Positions 17,578-25,887 of a stretch of 32,000 nt of DNA are shown in pieces (position 1 is the first letter of the stretch; every line of letters starts with the position of its first letter). Source of the stretch: an uncultured Alphaproteobacteria bacterium (GTDB lineage: Bacteria > Pseudomonadota > Alphaproteobacteria > Rs-D84 > CACZYB01); the NCBI GenBank assembly GCA_934246625.1, contig CAKQHZ010000004.1, positions 28,141-60,140 on the forward strand. The letters are read 5' to 3'. A program made the position numbers and the translations under genes. Under the pieces are notes generated by a model that did no database searches, had not been told where the DNA came from, and saw only the letters and a list, made by a program, of their open reading frames with translations.

Positions 17578-18302
17578 TAGAACATACCTCCATTTACTGA
17601 AATTACTTGTCGTGTGATATAGCCTGCATCTTCGGATAAAAGGTAAGATACAAGGCTTGCAACTTCACGTGGGGAACCGACACGTCTTGCTGGGATAATC
17701 TTTTTAACTTCATCGATTGGTAAATCCTTTGTCATATCGGTTTCGATTATTCCAGGGGCGATACAATTTGCAGTGATTTTGTGTTTTGCAAGTTCAATAG
17801 CAAGTGCCTTTGTCGCACCAATGATGCCTGCTTTTGCAGCAGAATAGTTGACTTGACCACGATTTCCAATTATTCCAGAAACCGAGGACATTGTTATAAT
17901 TCTTCCGTGCATACGGTTTTGAATCATTGGCATAATAATAGGCTTTAATACATTATAAAATCCGTCAAGATTTGTGTGAATAACGGAATCCCATTCTTCG
18001 TTTTCAAGTATTGGAAATGGATTATCCCTATTTATTCCTGCATTGCAAACAACACCATAGTAAATACCATTTTCTTCTATATCCTTTGTTATTATTTCAG
18101 ATGTTGTTTGGCGATTGGATATATCAAAACAAAGAAGGGTTGCATTTGCACCAAGTTTTTTAACTTCGCTTAATGTTTGTTCGGCACATTCTTTATTTTT
18201 ATTATAATGTAAGACTAAATCATATCCAAGTGGAGCAAGGTAAAGAGCAATAGCTTTTCCTATACCACGACTTGCACCAGTGATTAAAACGCGTTTATTC
18301 AT
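17577..18302 (-). CDS. fabG: 3-oxoacyl-ACP reductase (SDR; ApeQ-like)
   Basis: 'TGASRGIGKAIA' cofactor motif, 'NAGI', catalytic 'YSAAKAG'. TAATG overlaps with both neighbours. Confidence 0.9.
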   Translation of the reverse strand: MNKRVLITGASRGIGKAIALYLAPLGYDLVLHYNKNKECAEQTLSEVKKLGANATLLCFDISNRQTTSEIITKDIEENGIYYGVVCNAGINRDNPFPILENEEWDSVIHTNLDGFYNVLKPIIMPMIQNRMHGRIITMSSVSGIIGNRGQVNYSAAKAGIIGATKALAIELAKHKITANCIAPGIIETDMTKDLPIDEVKKIIPARRVGSPREVASLVSYLLSEDAGYITRQVISVNGGMF

Positions 18303-18763
18303 TATAGCTCCTTTAAAAAATCATCAACATTTTCTGGTCGATAGGTGTTTATGATTGCATTTGCAACGATTTTATTTTCCTTGTTATACATAGAACATTC
18401 AAAAGATGCAAGATTTTCTTCCATAAAAAGTTCTTGGACCTTTATAAAATAGCTTTCATCAACATTTAATACAGGAGTGAATATTTCCATTTTCTTTGTC
18501 CCAAGAAGAAAACCAACGGCAGGTTTTTTATTTGGATTTATTTCCAAATCGTAATAACCAGCAAAGCAACCAATGGTTTGTGCCATATATTCCAATGCAG
18601 AATAGGTTGGAACTCCATTTATGTGTGGTTGATATAGTATGTCAGTTTTTTTTATGTCTGCACGAGCGGTAAGATTGCCACCTTTTAAATCGACATTTTC
18701 GATTTCTGATATTATTATCATAGGGTGGTCGTGTGGTAAAAGTTCTTCTGGTGTTTTATACAT
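18302..18763 (-). CDS. Hotdog-fold 3-hydroxyacyl-ACP dehydratase (ApeP-like)
   Basis: 153 aa, with N-terminal 'LLPHDHPMIIISEI' resembling the FabZ/FabA 'LPHRxP' entry motif. Sandwiched between a KS and the KR. Confidence 0.75.
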   Translation of the reverse strand: MYKTPEELLPHDHPMIIISEIENVDLKGGNLTARADIKKTDILYQPHINGVPTYSALEYMAQTIGCFAGYYDLEINPNKKPAVGFLLGTKKMEIFTPVLNVDESYFIKVQELFMEENLASFECSMYNKENKIVANAIINTYRPENVDDFLKEL

Positions 18764-18764
18764 T

Positions 18765-19904
18765 TTACAATCCTAAAATCAAAGAAGCATTACTTCCACC
18801 AAAGGCAAATGAATTGCTTAGTATGATAGATAAGTGTTTTGCTTCGTTTCCGTTTGCTAAGTTTAATTTTGGTAAAGTGTCGTCATAGTTCCCATCGTAT
18901 ATGTGTGGAATTATGACTTGATTTTTTAACATTAAATATGAAAGTCCAGCTTCGATTGCACCAGATGCACCAAGTGCATGTCCAGTTAATGGTTTTGTTG
19001 ATGCACATAATACAGAATTTGTGAAAACACGAGATATGGCAAGACTTTCCATAGAATCATTTGCAATGGTTCCTGTGCCGTGCATATTTATGTAATCGAT
19101 TTTATCAGAAGTTAGATTTGCATCTTTTAGTGCAAGTGTCATTGCAAGTTCGGCACCATTGCCGTTTGGTTCTGGGTGTGTAAGGTGGTATGCGTCAGAG
19201 CTTTCTCCTATACCAAGAAGTTTTACACCATTAGCTTTTTCAGATTTTTGCATAATGAATAAAGCACAACCTTCACCAAGATTTATACCAGAGCGATTTT
19301 TTGACATTGGGTTTGTTTGTTCGGTGCTTATTGATTCAAGTGCAAAAAAGCCATTTTGTGTAAATGCACAATGGGAATCAACTCCACCAACAATAACAAT
19401 ATCACAAATGTCGTTTTTTATTAAATCACGGGCAGAGCGAAAAACTTTTGCACTGGAAGAGCAAGCGGTTGAAATTGTATAGGCAGGTCCCTTTGTCCCA
19501 GTTATTTTTTGAAGATAGACCGCTGGGCTTCCAAGTTCGATTTCATCAAATGAAAAATCCGCTGGGCAGTTATTTGTTTTTATCCATTGTTCGATATGTT
19601 TTTGTGCTTCGTGTATGCCTGTATTACTTGAACCTAAAACAATACCAATACGGGATAGTGCATAAGATTTTTTAAGGTTTTCTATATCGTCCTTTATTTG
19701 TGAAAATGCCATATCAAGTAATGTATAACAACGCATAGGTTTTGTATCATTTGTTTTTACAAAGCCAAATGGAATATTTCGATTTGGAATATCATCTTTG
19801 GTTTTTATTATTCCAGAATTTTTTGAAATTGCATTTTGTATAATTTCTTCTTTGGAATTACCTAAAGCACACACAAATCCTAAATTAGATAGTATTATAT
19901 TCAT
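18765..19904 (-). CDS. Beta-ketoacyl synthase (type II PKS KS; ApeO-like)
   Basis: Active-site Cys 'ISTACSSSAKV', 'NMHGTGT', 'LTGHALGASG', 'NSFAFGGSNAS'. First gene of the minus-strand operon. Confidence 0.9.
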   Translation of the reverse strand: MNIILSNLGFVCALGNSKEEIIQNAISKNSGIIKTKDDIPNRNIPFGFVKTNDTKPMRCYTLLDMAFSQIKDDIENLKKSYALSRIGIVLGSSNTGIHEAQKHIEQWIKTNNCPADFSFDEIELGSPAVYLQKITGTKGPAYTISTACSSSAKVFRSARDLIKNDICDIVIVGGVDSHCAFTQNGFFALESISTEQTNPMSKNRSGINLGEGCALFIMQKSEKANGVKLLGIGESSDAYHLTHPEPNGNGAELAMTLALKDANLTSDKIDYINMHGTGTIANDSMESLAISRVFTNSVLCASTKPLTGHALGASGAIEAGLSYLMLKNQVIIPHIYDGNYDDTLPKLNLANGNEAKHLSIILSNSFAFGGSNASLILGL

Positions 19905-19977
19905 AAATATTAACTTGCAATTTTGTTTTGTTTATAATATTTTTGTATTATATTATAATAAAAAGTAAAAAATCAAG
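19905..19977. promoter_or_regulatory. Divergent promoter region of the two cluster operons, with a 9-bp inverted repeat
   Basis: A 73-bp AT-rich gap. IR TTATAATAT (19932-19940) / ATATTATAA (19950-19958). Candidate minus-strand promoter TTGATT (19976-19971), 18 nt, TATAAT (19952-19947). No clear SD for either first gene. Confidence 0.35.
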
Positions 19978-20610
19978 ATGAATAAACATTTTTATATCAA
20001 CAAATTTGCAGTTTGGGAATCTTCTGATGATGTGGAACTTCCTGATGTTTGTTTTGTTCCTTCTATGTTAAGAAGACGTTTGACAGCGGTTGAAAAGATT
20101 GGAATATATCTTGCAAATCAGGTTTGTGAAAATAGAAATGATTATTTTGTTGTGTTTGCTTCTCGATTTGGTGAGTGGGGACAAACAATAAAACTTATTA
20201 AACAATTTTATGAAGATAGGGAGCTTTCTCCATCGGGGTTTAGCTCTTCTGTGCATAATGCTATGCCTGGGTTATTGTCAGTTTTGACACATAATATAAA
20301 TTCATATACTACGGTTGCAAGTAAGGAAAATACTATTGATAATGGGCTTTTGGAGGCGATGATTTCAAATTCTCCTGTGCTTTTTATTTATGCCGAGGAG
20401 GCAACACCAGAGTTTTATAAGTCTAAGTTTGATAAAAGTTTTCGTTCTCATGGTGTGGCGATTTTATTTTCCAATGAAAAGATTGGGTGTGAAATTGAGG
20501 TTGTATCAAAGTATAATGAAAATAAATCTGTTTCATTTGGTGAATTGGTTAAGTTTTTAAATGATGGTGAAAATTTGTCTTGTAATCATTTTGATATAAG
20601 GAAGATATAA
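19978..20610 (+). CDS. KS-like chain-length-factor protein lacking the active-site Cys (ApeC-like)
   Basis: 210 aa. 'FASRFGEWGQT...LSPSGFSSSVHNAMPGLLSV' matches the short CLF family found next to APE-type KS genes. No Cys-His-His triad. Confidence 0.75.
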   Translation: MNKHFYINKFAVWESSDDVELPDVCFVPSMLRRRLTAVEKIGIYLANQVCENRNDYFVVFASRFGEWGQTIKLIKQFYEDRELSPSGFSSSVHNAMPGLLSVLTHNINSYTTVASKENTIDNGLLEAMISNSPVLFIYAEEATPEFYKSKFDKSFRSHGVAILFSNEKIGCEIEVVSKYNENKSVSFGELVKFLNDGENLSCNHFDIRKI

Positions 20611-21344
20611 TGCGATTTGTTCGCTCTGTTTTAAGTGGAATTTGTTTTTTTATTTTTGGGTTGGGGGGATTTATTATTGGTTCCGCTGTTTTCCCCATAA
20701 TTGTTTTATTTTCTTCTAAAAAACGAAGATTTATACTTGCAAAAGTTATAATGGTTTCATGGAAAATTTTTGTGAAACTTATGATTGGTTTCCGACTTAT
20801 AAAGGTTGATGTCAAAAATATAGAGCGTTTGAAAAGTTGTAAGGGAAAAGTTGTTATTGCGAATCATCCTTCGTTGATTGATGTTGTGCTTCTTGTTTCT
20901 ATAATTCCGAATGCAATTTGTGTTGTAAAAAGTAGTCTTTTGCATAATATTTGGGTCAGTGGTATTATAAAAATGGTTTATATTGCCAACAATAAAGATG
21001 TGTCATCATTTATTAGCGAGGCTGGAAATCTTTTACATCAAGGGTTTAATATTGTTATTTTCCCAGAGGGGACAAGAACGAAACCTGATGATGTTGAACA
21101 TCATTTATATAGGGGATTTGCTCAACTTGCTTTGTATGCAAAGGTTCCTATTTTACCAATAGTTATAAAAAATAATCCTTCTATTTTAGGAAAGGGGCAA
21201 GGTTGGTATAATGTTGGGGACAGAGTTTCAGTTTATACTATAACTGTATGTGATGATATAAATATTCCGTTGCAAAAGGTTGAAAATTTCCATAAAACTT
21301 CAAAAGAAATTGTTTCAATTGTCAAATCAATATTCTTTTCTTAA
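20610..21344 (+). CDS. PlsC-type lysophospholipid/glycerolipid acyltransferase (ApeD-like)
   Basis: N-terminal TM segment, HX4D motif 'ANHPSLIDV', 'IFPEGTRT', 'PILPIVI'. Confidence 0.85.
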   Translation: MRFVRSVLSGICFFIFGLGGFIIGSAVFPIIVLFSSKKRRFILAKVIMVSWKIFVKLMIGFRLIKVDVKNIERLKSCKGKVVIANHPSLIDVVLLVSIIPNAICVVKSSLLHNIWVSGIIKMVYIANNKDVSSFISEAGNLLHQGFNIVIFPEGTRTKPDDVEHHLYRGFAQLALYAKVPILPIVIKNNPSILGKGQGWYNVGDRVSVYTITVCDDINIPLQKVENFHKTSKEIVSIVKSIFFS

Positions 21345-21370
21345 AATATTTGAATTTTTTCATAAAATAT

Positions 21371-21399
21371 TTGACTTTAATAGGTTTTTATACTAAATT
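21371..21399 (+). promoter_or_regulatory. Candidate internal sigma70-like promoter ahead of the tandem ACP genes
   Basis: TTGACT (21371-21376), a 17-nt spacer, then TAAATT (21394-21399). It sits in the only sizeable (85-bp) gap of the plus-strand operon. Confidence 0.4.
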
Positions 21400-21429
21400 T
21401 TCAATAACTTAATTGAAAGGTTTTAATTT

Positions 21430-21696
21430 ATGATGGAAAAAAATACTCTTATACAAGAAATAAAACAACTTATCATTGATTCTTTGGATTTGGAAGATAT
21501 GACTGTTGAAGATATTGATACAAATGCACCTTTGTTTGTTGATGGTCTTGGTCTTGACTCTATTGATGCATTGGAATTGGGTATGGCATTGAAAAAAAAG
21601 TATGGAATTGAGTTTAAATCAAACAAGGAACAAAATAAGGAATATTTCCGTTCTGTTGAAACCTTGGCTGATTTTATTATTAAAAATAAGCAATAA
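21430..21696 (+). CDS. Acyl carrier protein 1 (ApeE-like)
   Basis: 88 aa, phosphopantetheine attachment motif 'GLGLDSIDALEL'. The start may be the second ATG at 21433. Confidence 0.88.
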   Translation: MMEKNTLIQEIKQLIIDSLDLEDMTVEDIDTNAPLFVDGLGLDSIDALELGMALKKKYGIEFKSNKEQNKEYFRSVETLADFIIKNKQ

Positions 21697-21710
21697 AGTT
21701 TGGAGTAATT

Positions 21711-21968
21711 ATGCGTACACAAGAAGAAATTTTAAAAGTTGTTAAAGATATTTTGGTTCAAGATTTTGAATGTGATGCTGGTATGTTATCACCAGAAGTT
21801 CGCTTGGTTGAAGATTTGGATTTGGACAGTATTGATGCAGTTGATTTGATTGTTCGTTTGCAAAAAATTATCAATAAAAAAGTTAACCCAGAAGATTTTA
21901 AGCAAATAAGGACTTTGCAAGATATAGTTGTTGCTATTGAAAAAATTGTTAATGAACGTGCTGAATAA
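21711..21968 (+). CDS. Acyl carrier protein 2 (ApeF-like)
   Basis: 85 aa, 'DLDLDSIDAVDL' attachment motif. Clearly diverged from ACP 1. Confidence 0.88.
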   Translation: MRTQEEILKVVKDILVQDFECDAGMLSPEVRLVEDLDLDSIDAVDLIVRLQKIINKKVNPEDFKQIRTLQDIVVAIEKIVNERAE

Positions 21969-22488
21969 TATAATAAAAATAGTAGGTGTGATTTTTTCAC
22001 TTAGTTATCCTTTTATTGTTTTTGTTGCTTTGCAAAAGCATATTTCTTTACGGTTTATGGCATTATTTTTAGTGGTTGTTATTGTTGCAAATTTTTTTAA
22101 AACAGGAAAAAAAAGTTTTTTATTTTGTGGGTTGTTGTTGGCAACAAGTCTTTATATTTCAAATAATAATTTATTTTTGAAAGTTTATCCTGTGATGATG
22201 AATTTGCTTGTGTGTATGGGGTTTTTATTATCACTTAAAACTGAACCTTTGATTACAACATTTGCAAAACGTATGAAGAAAAATTTGTCAGAATGCGAGC
22301 TTTTATATACAAAAAAGTTGACAGTTATATGGGGTGTGTTTATGGCAATGAATACACTTGTTTCCTTTATAACTGTTTTTTTATCTGATGATATTTGGGT
22401 TATGTATAATGGCTTTGTTTCATATATACTTATGTTTATTTTATTTGTTGGTGAATTTTTTGTAAGAAGGAGGCTTTTCAAATGTTAA
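21952..22488 (+). CDS. Small polytopic membrane protein (ApeG/COG4648-like position)
   Basis: About 5 predicted TM helices in a conserved position between the ACPs and the adenylating enzyme. The start is uncertain: ATG at 21928 or 21952 overlaps ACP2; GTG at 21988 is an alternative. Confidence 0.6.
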   Translation: MNVLNNIIKIVGVIFSLSYPFIVFVALQKHISLRFMALFLVVVIVANFFKTGKKSFLFCGLLLATSLYISNNNLFLKVYPVMMNLLVCMGFLLSLKTEPLITTFAKRMKKNLSECELLYTKKLTVIWGVFMAMNTLVSFITVFLSDDIWVMYNGFVSYILMFILFVGEFFVRRRLFKC

Positions 22489-24197
22489 AAGATGCGAGTT
22501 TAGTATTATGTCAATTAGTATCACTTGATTATCCTGTATTTTTAAAAAATGATAAGGCTATTTCATTTAAAAAATTTCAAAACAATGTTGCAAAGTATGC
22601 GGGATTTTTTAAAACATTAGATACAGATTCAATTATTCTTTATATTTCTGATGATTTATATTTGTTTTATGTTTGCTTTATGGCAATTTTGCATGCAGGG
22701 AAAAATGTTATTTTACCAGCATATTTGACATCGGATAATATAGAAGATTTAAGTAATATTTCAAAGTATGTTATGACTACAAGTGAGCTTGGAAACACAT
22801 TTTTTAATGTGATGAATCCAAATAAAGTTCCACTTGGGGAAGCAGAGCATTTACACCCGATTGATGCAGAAAATCAAAGTGTGTTTTTCTTTACTTCTGG
22901 AAGCACAAGTAAGCCAAAAACTATTGAAAAAAAGTTTAAAACTTTGGTGTTGGAAGTTAATCTTCTTAGTCAAATACAAAGTGAAGTTTGGGATAAACGC
23001 CCTGTGATTATTTCATCAGCTATGCCAAATCATATTTATGGTATGTTATGGCGTTTTTTATTGCCTTTGTGTAAAGGATTATTACAGGATTTGGATTTGA
23101 TTTTGTTTCCTGAGGAAATTAGCACAAAGCAAAAAATATGTTCAAAAGTTGCATTTATTACGACGCCGTCTTTTATGAATCAACTTGCAAATTATGTAAA
23201 TCAATATACATTTTCAAATAATTGTATTGCAATTTATTCTTCTGGAAGTTTGCTTTCTGATACAACTTCAGATGCGATGTTTAAAACTTTTGGTGTTTCT
23301 CCGTTTGAAATTTTTGCAAGCACTGAAAGTGGTGCTGTGGCATATCGTCAGCAAAAAAATGGCCCATCATGGACTTTTGTTCCAGATATAAAATGGGAAA
23401 TTGATGAAAATGCGTCTCTTAAAATTTATTCTGAAAGAGCGTATGTGAAGCCTTTTATTATGTCTGATTCAATAAGTTTGCAAAGTGATAATAAGTTTAT
23501 TTTAAATGGTCGTGTTGACAGAATGGTAAAAATTGCGGAAAAGCGAGTTTCTCTTCCTGAAATGGAAAGTCGTATTGTCGCATATCCGTATATAGAGCAG
23601 GCTTATGTCCTTAGTTTAGAAGATAATAGCCGTTTGATTTTAGGGGCTGTTGTTGTTTTGAATGATGAGGGTAAAGAGTATTTGAAACAAAATGGAAAAT
23701 TGAATTTTGTAAGTGGACTTAGAAAATATCTTTTACAATATTTTGAGGCGGTTGTGATTCCTAGAAAAATAAGAATTGTGCAACAAATTCCAACTAATGC
23801 TCAGGGAAAACTTTTAAGTCGAAATATCGCAAAGTTGTTTGAGGTAAAAACTTCGGAACCAGTGATGCAAAATGTTGTTTCTTTGAAGGAACATTTTAGT
23901 GCAGATTTGACTTTTCTTCCTGATGCTGAATATTTCAAGGGACATTTCCCAAATTTTCCAATTTTGCCTGGGGTTATACAAATGCACTTTGTGTTTTATT
24001 TTATGAAGCAATATTTTCATGATAATCCTTCTAGGTATATTGTAAGCAGGTTAAAATTTATGAATTTGATTTTCCCGAATCAAAAAGTTGCTTTTGTTTT
24101 GGATAAAATTTCACCAGATGAATATACTTTTTCATATAAAGTTGATGAAAAAATTTGTTCATGTGGAAAAATTTCAATAGAGGTGAGAAATGTTTAA
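22482..24197 (+). CDS. Adenylate-forming enzyme (acyl/aryl-ACP ligase, ApeH-like) fused to a C-terminal hotdog dehydratase (ApeI-like)
   Basis: AMP-binding core 'FFFTSGSTSKPK' (nt 22893...), 'GRVDRMVKIAEKRVSLPEME', 'IPTNAQGKLLSR'. From about aa 455 onwards (nt ~23844-24194) it carries 'FKGHFPNFPILPGVIQMH', the FabZ/FabA-type catalytic His motif. Confidence 0.85.
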   Translation: MLKDASLVLCQLVSLDYPVFLKNDKAISFKKFQNNVAKYAGFFKTLDTDSIILYISDDLYLFYVCFMAILHAGKNVILPAYLTSDNIEDLSNISKYVMTTSELGNTFFNVMNPNKVPLGEAEHLHPIDAENQSVFFFTSGSTSKPKTIEKKFKTLVLEVNLLSQIQSEVWDKRPVIISSAMPNHIYGMLWRFLLPLCKGLLQDLDLILFPEEISTKQKICSKVAFITTPSFMNQLANYVNQYTFSNNCIAIYSSGSLLSDTTSDAMFKTFGVSPFEIFASTESGAVAYRQQKNGPSWTFVPDIKWEIDENASLKIYSERAYVKPFIMSDSISLQSDNKFILNGRVDRMVKIAEKRVSLPEMESRIVAYPYIEQAYVLSLEDNSRLILGAVVVLNDEGKEYLKQNGKLNFVSGLRKYLLQYFEAVVIPRKIRIVQQIPTNAQGKLLSRNIAKLFEVKTSEPVMQNVVSLKEHFSADLTFLPDAEYFKGHFPNFPILPGVIQMHFVFYFMKQYFHDNPSRYIVSRLKFMNLIFPNQKVAFVLDKISPDEYTFSYKVDEKICSCGKISIEVRNV

Positions 24198-24915
24198 ACC
24201 TGTTATTGTAATTCCTTTTTACAACCATCTTAATGGATTTAATAAAATTGCAAAGCAAATTTTTATGCAATCTATTCCTGTGATAGTTGTTGATGATGGA
24301 AGTGATAAAGTTGAAAAAAATGGTGTGAAAAAAATTTGTGATAAATATAACTTTATCTTTCTTGAAAGCAAAATCAATGGCGGAAAGGGTGTTGCTGTGA
24401 AAAAGGCATTTCGTTATGCGATAAAGCATAATTTTACTCATGCTTTGCAAGTTGATGCAGATGGTCAACATAATATTTCTGATATTAAGGAGTTTTTTTT
24501 GTTGGCGAAAAAGTTTCCGAATGCAATAATAAATGGTTGCCCTTTGTATGATGAATCTGTGCCAAAGGCAAGATTTTATGGACGAAAAATTACAAATTTT
24601 TGGGTTGAAATTGAAACTGGGTTTGCAAAAATTCCAGACAGTATGTGTGGTTTTCGTGTCTATCCATTGGCAAATATAAAAAAGGTTTTGCCTTTGCTTT
24701 CATGTGAACGAATGGGATTTGATACTGAAATTTTGGTGAAGTCTTATTTGCTTGGTGCTCCTTTGTATCATAAAATGACAAGGGTTTCTTATCCTTTAGA
24801 TGGAGTTTCTCATTTCCATACATTTAGGGATAATTGTCAAATAAGTTTTATGCACGTTAAATTATGTGTGTTTGCTTTGGTTAATCTTTTTAATTTTAGG
24901 AGAATTAAATGGTAA
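24190..24915 (+). CDS. Family 2 glycosyltransferase (ApeJ-like)
   Basis: 'VIVIPFYNH', 'VIVVDDGSDK', 'QVDADGQH'. ATGTTTAA overlap with the upstream gene. Confidence 0.85.
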   Translation: MFKPVIVIPFYNHLNGFNKIAKQIFMQSIPVIVVDDGSDKVEKNGVKKICDKYNFIFLESKINGGKGVAVKKAFRYAIKHNFTHALQVDADGQHNISDIKEFFLLAKKFPNAIINGCPLYDESVPKARFYGRKITNFWVEIETGFAKIPDSMCGFRVYPLANIKKVLPLLSCERMGFDTEILVKSYLLGAPLYHKMTRVSYPLDGVSHFHTFRDNCQISFMHVKLCVFALVNLFNFRRIKW

Positions 24916-25307
24916 AGGAAATTGAAATTACGATACCTTTTTATGATGTCGATTCAATGCGTGTTGCATATCATGGAAACTATGTTAAATATCTTGAAGA
25001 AGCAAGGTGTGCTTACTTGCTTGATAAAGAAATGACTTATGGTGATATGGATATTTTGGGATATGCGTTTCCAGTTGTCGAATTAAAGGTGAAGTATATT
25101 CGTTCTTGTGTTTTTGGGCAAAGGGTAAAGGTTTCAGCAGAGCTTGTGCCTTGTGATAATTGTTTGATTTTTAAATATGTGATTGTTGATGCCAAAACAG
25201 GTGTAAAATTATGTAAGGCGGAAACAAAACAAATGTGTGTTGATATGAAAACTGGTGAAAGTTTGTTTTTGCTTCCTGATATAGTATTGGAAAAGTTAAA
25301 GGATTAA
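24909..25307 (+). CDS. 4HBT/YbgC-type hotdog thioesterase (ApeK-like)
   Basis: 132 aa, 'IPFYDVDSMRVAYHGNYVKYLEEAR' with the catalytic Asp context typical of 4-hydroxybenzoyl-CoA thioesterase-fold enzymes. Confidence 0.8.
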   Translation: MVKEIEITIPFYDVDSMRVAYHGNYVKYLEEARCAYLLDKEMTYGDMDILGYAFPVVELKVKYIRSCVFGQRVKVSAELVPCDNCLIFKYVIVDAKTGVKLCKAETKQMCVDMKTGESLFLLPDIVLEKLKD

Positions 25308-25308
25308 A

Positions 25309-25887
25309 ATGAAGTTTTTTGTTTATCTTTTATGTTTTATATTTTCATTTCCTGTGTTCGCAGGAGATATTGTTAAAAATGGTGCATTTGATAAGTTTGC
25401 AAGTCAAGTGTCAGTTGAAAATGTAAAGTTCACACAGACAAAGACTATTCCAAATATAAAACGAAATTTTGTTTCAAATGGTTTTATCAAGTTTGTAAAA
25501 AATGTTGGTTTTGTGTGGGTGCAAAATCTTCCAAATTCAATAAAATTTATTGGAACACAAAAGCAATATTGTGTTAATGATGAGGTAAAGGATTTGTCTG
25601 ATTTACCTTATTTTTCACAAATACAAATGGTTGTTGATGATTTGTTGCTTGGTAATTATAAATCTTTGAATTCTGCTTTTAATGTTGATTATAGTGATGA
25701 TGGGGAAAATTGGAATTTATTTTTGACTCCTAAAAATTCACGAATATCTTCTTTTATCAAGGTTGTGCAAGTTTCTGGTGATGTGTCTTTGTTAAAAGAA
25801 ATTGTTATTGATTATTCTAATGGTATGGAAATAACTATTGATTTCGAAGTATTTAAAGAGGAAATTAGTGATGAAATTCAATGTTAG
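25309..25887 (+). CDS. LolA-like periplasmic lipid/lipoprotein carrier (ApeL-like)
   Basis: Signal peptide MKFFVYLLCFIFSFPVFA|GD, about 190 aa and beta-rich. The conserved position directly upstream of the MMPL exporter is the main argument. Confidence 0.6.
   Translation: MKFFVYLLCFIFSFPVFAGDIVKNGAFDKFASQVSVENVKFTQTKTIPNIKRNFVSNGFIKFVKNVGFVWVQNLPNSIKFIGTQKQYCVNDEVKDLSDLPYFSQIQMVVDDLLLGNYKSLNSAFNVDYSDDGENWNLFLTPKNSRISSFIKVVQVSGDVSLLKEIVIDYSNGMEITIDFEVFKEEISDEIQC

Noticed and set aside
16599-19675. Multiple 60-107-aa ORFs on the plus strand or in other frames inside the KS, KR and DH genes (e.g. 16754-17062, 19159-19482)
   Set aside because: They are shadow ORFs within genes carrying complete catalytic motifs, and none has an independent signal.
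15924-21968. Reading the KS/KR/DH/ACP genes as the housekeeping fab (type II FAS) operon
   Set aside because: There is no fabD, fabH or enoyl reductase. A Cys-less CLF-like partner, two ACPs, an adenylating loader, a thioesterase, a GT2, LolA-like and MMPL genes and two acyltransferases are all translationally coupled in the same block. That is the signature of a specialised APE-type pathway, not primary FAS.
25838-25870. ORF-track start of the MMPL gene at 25838 (non-ATG), inside the LolA-like gene
   Set aside because: ATG at 25871 is preceded by GAGGAA and begins the typical N-terminal TM segment (MKFNVRKIVFFLLLFLIGG). The longer form only adds a 50-nt overlap.
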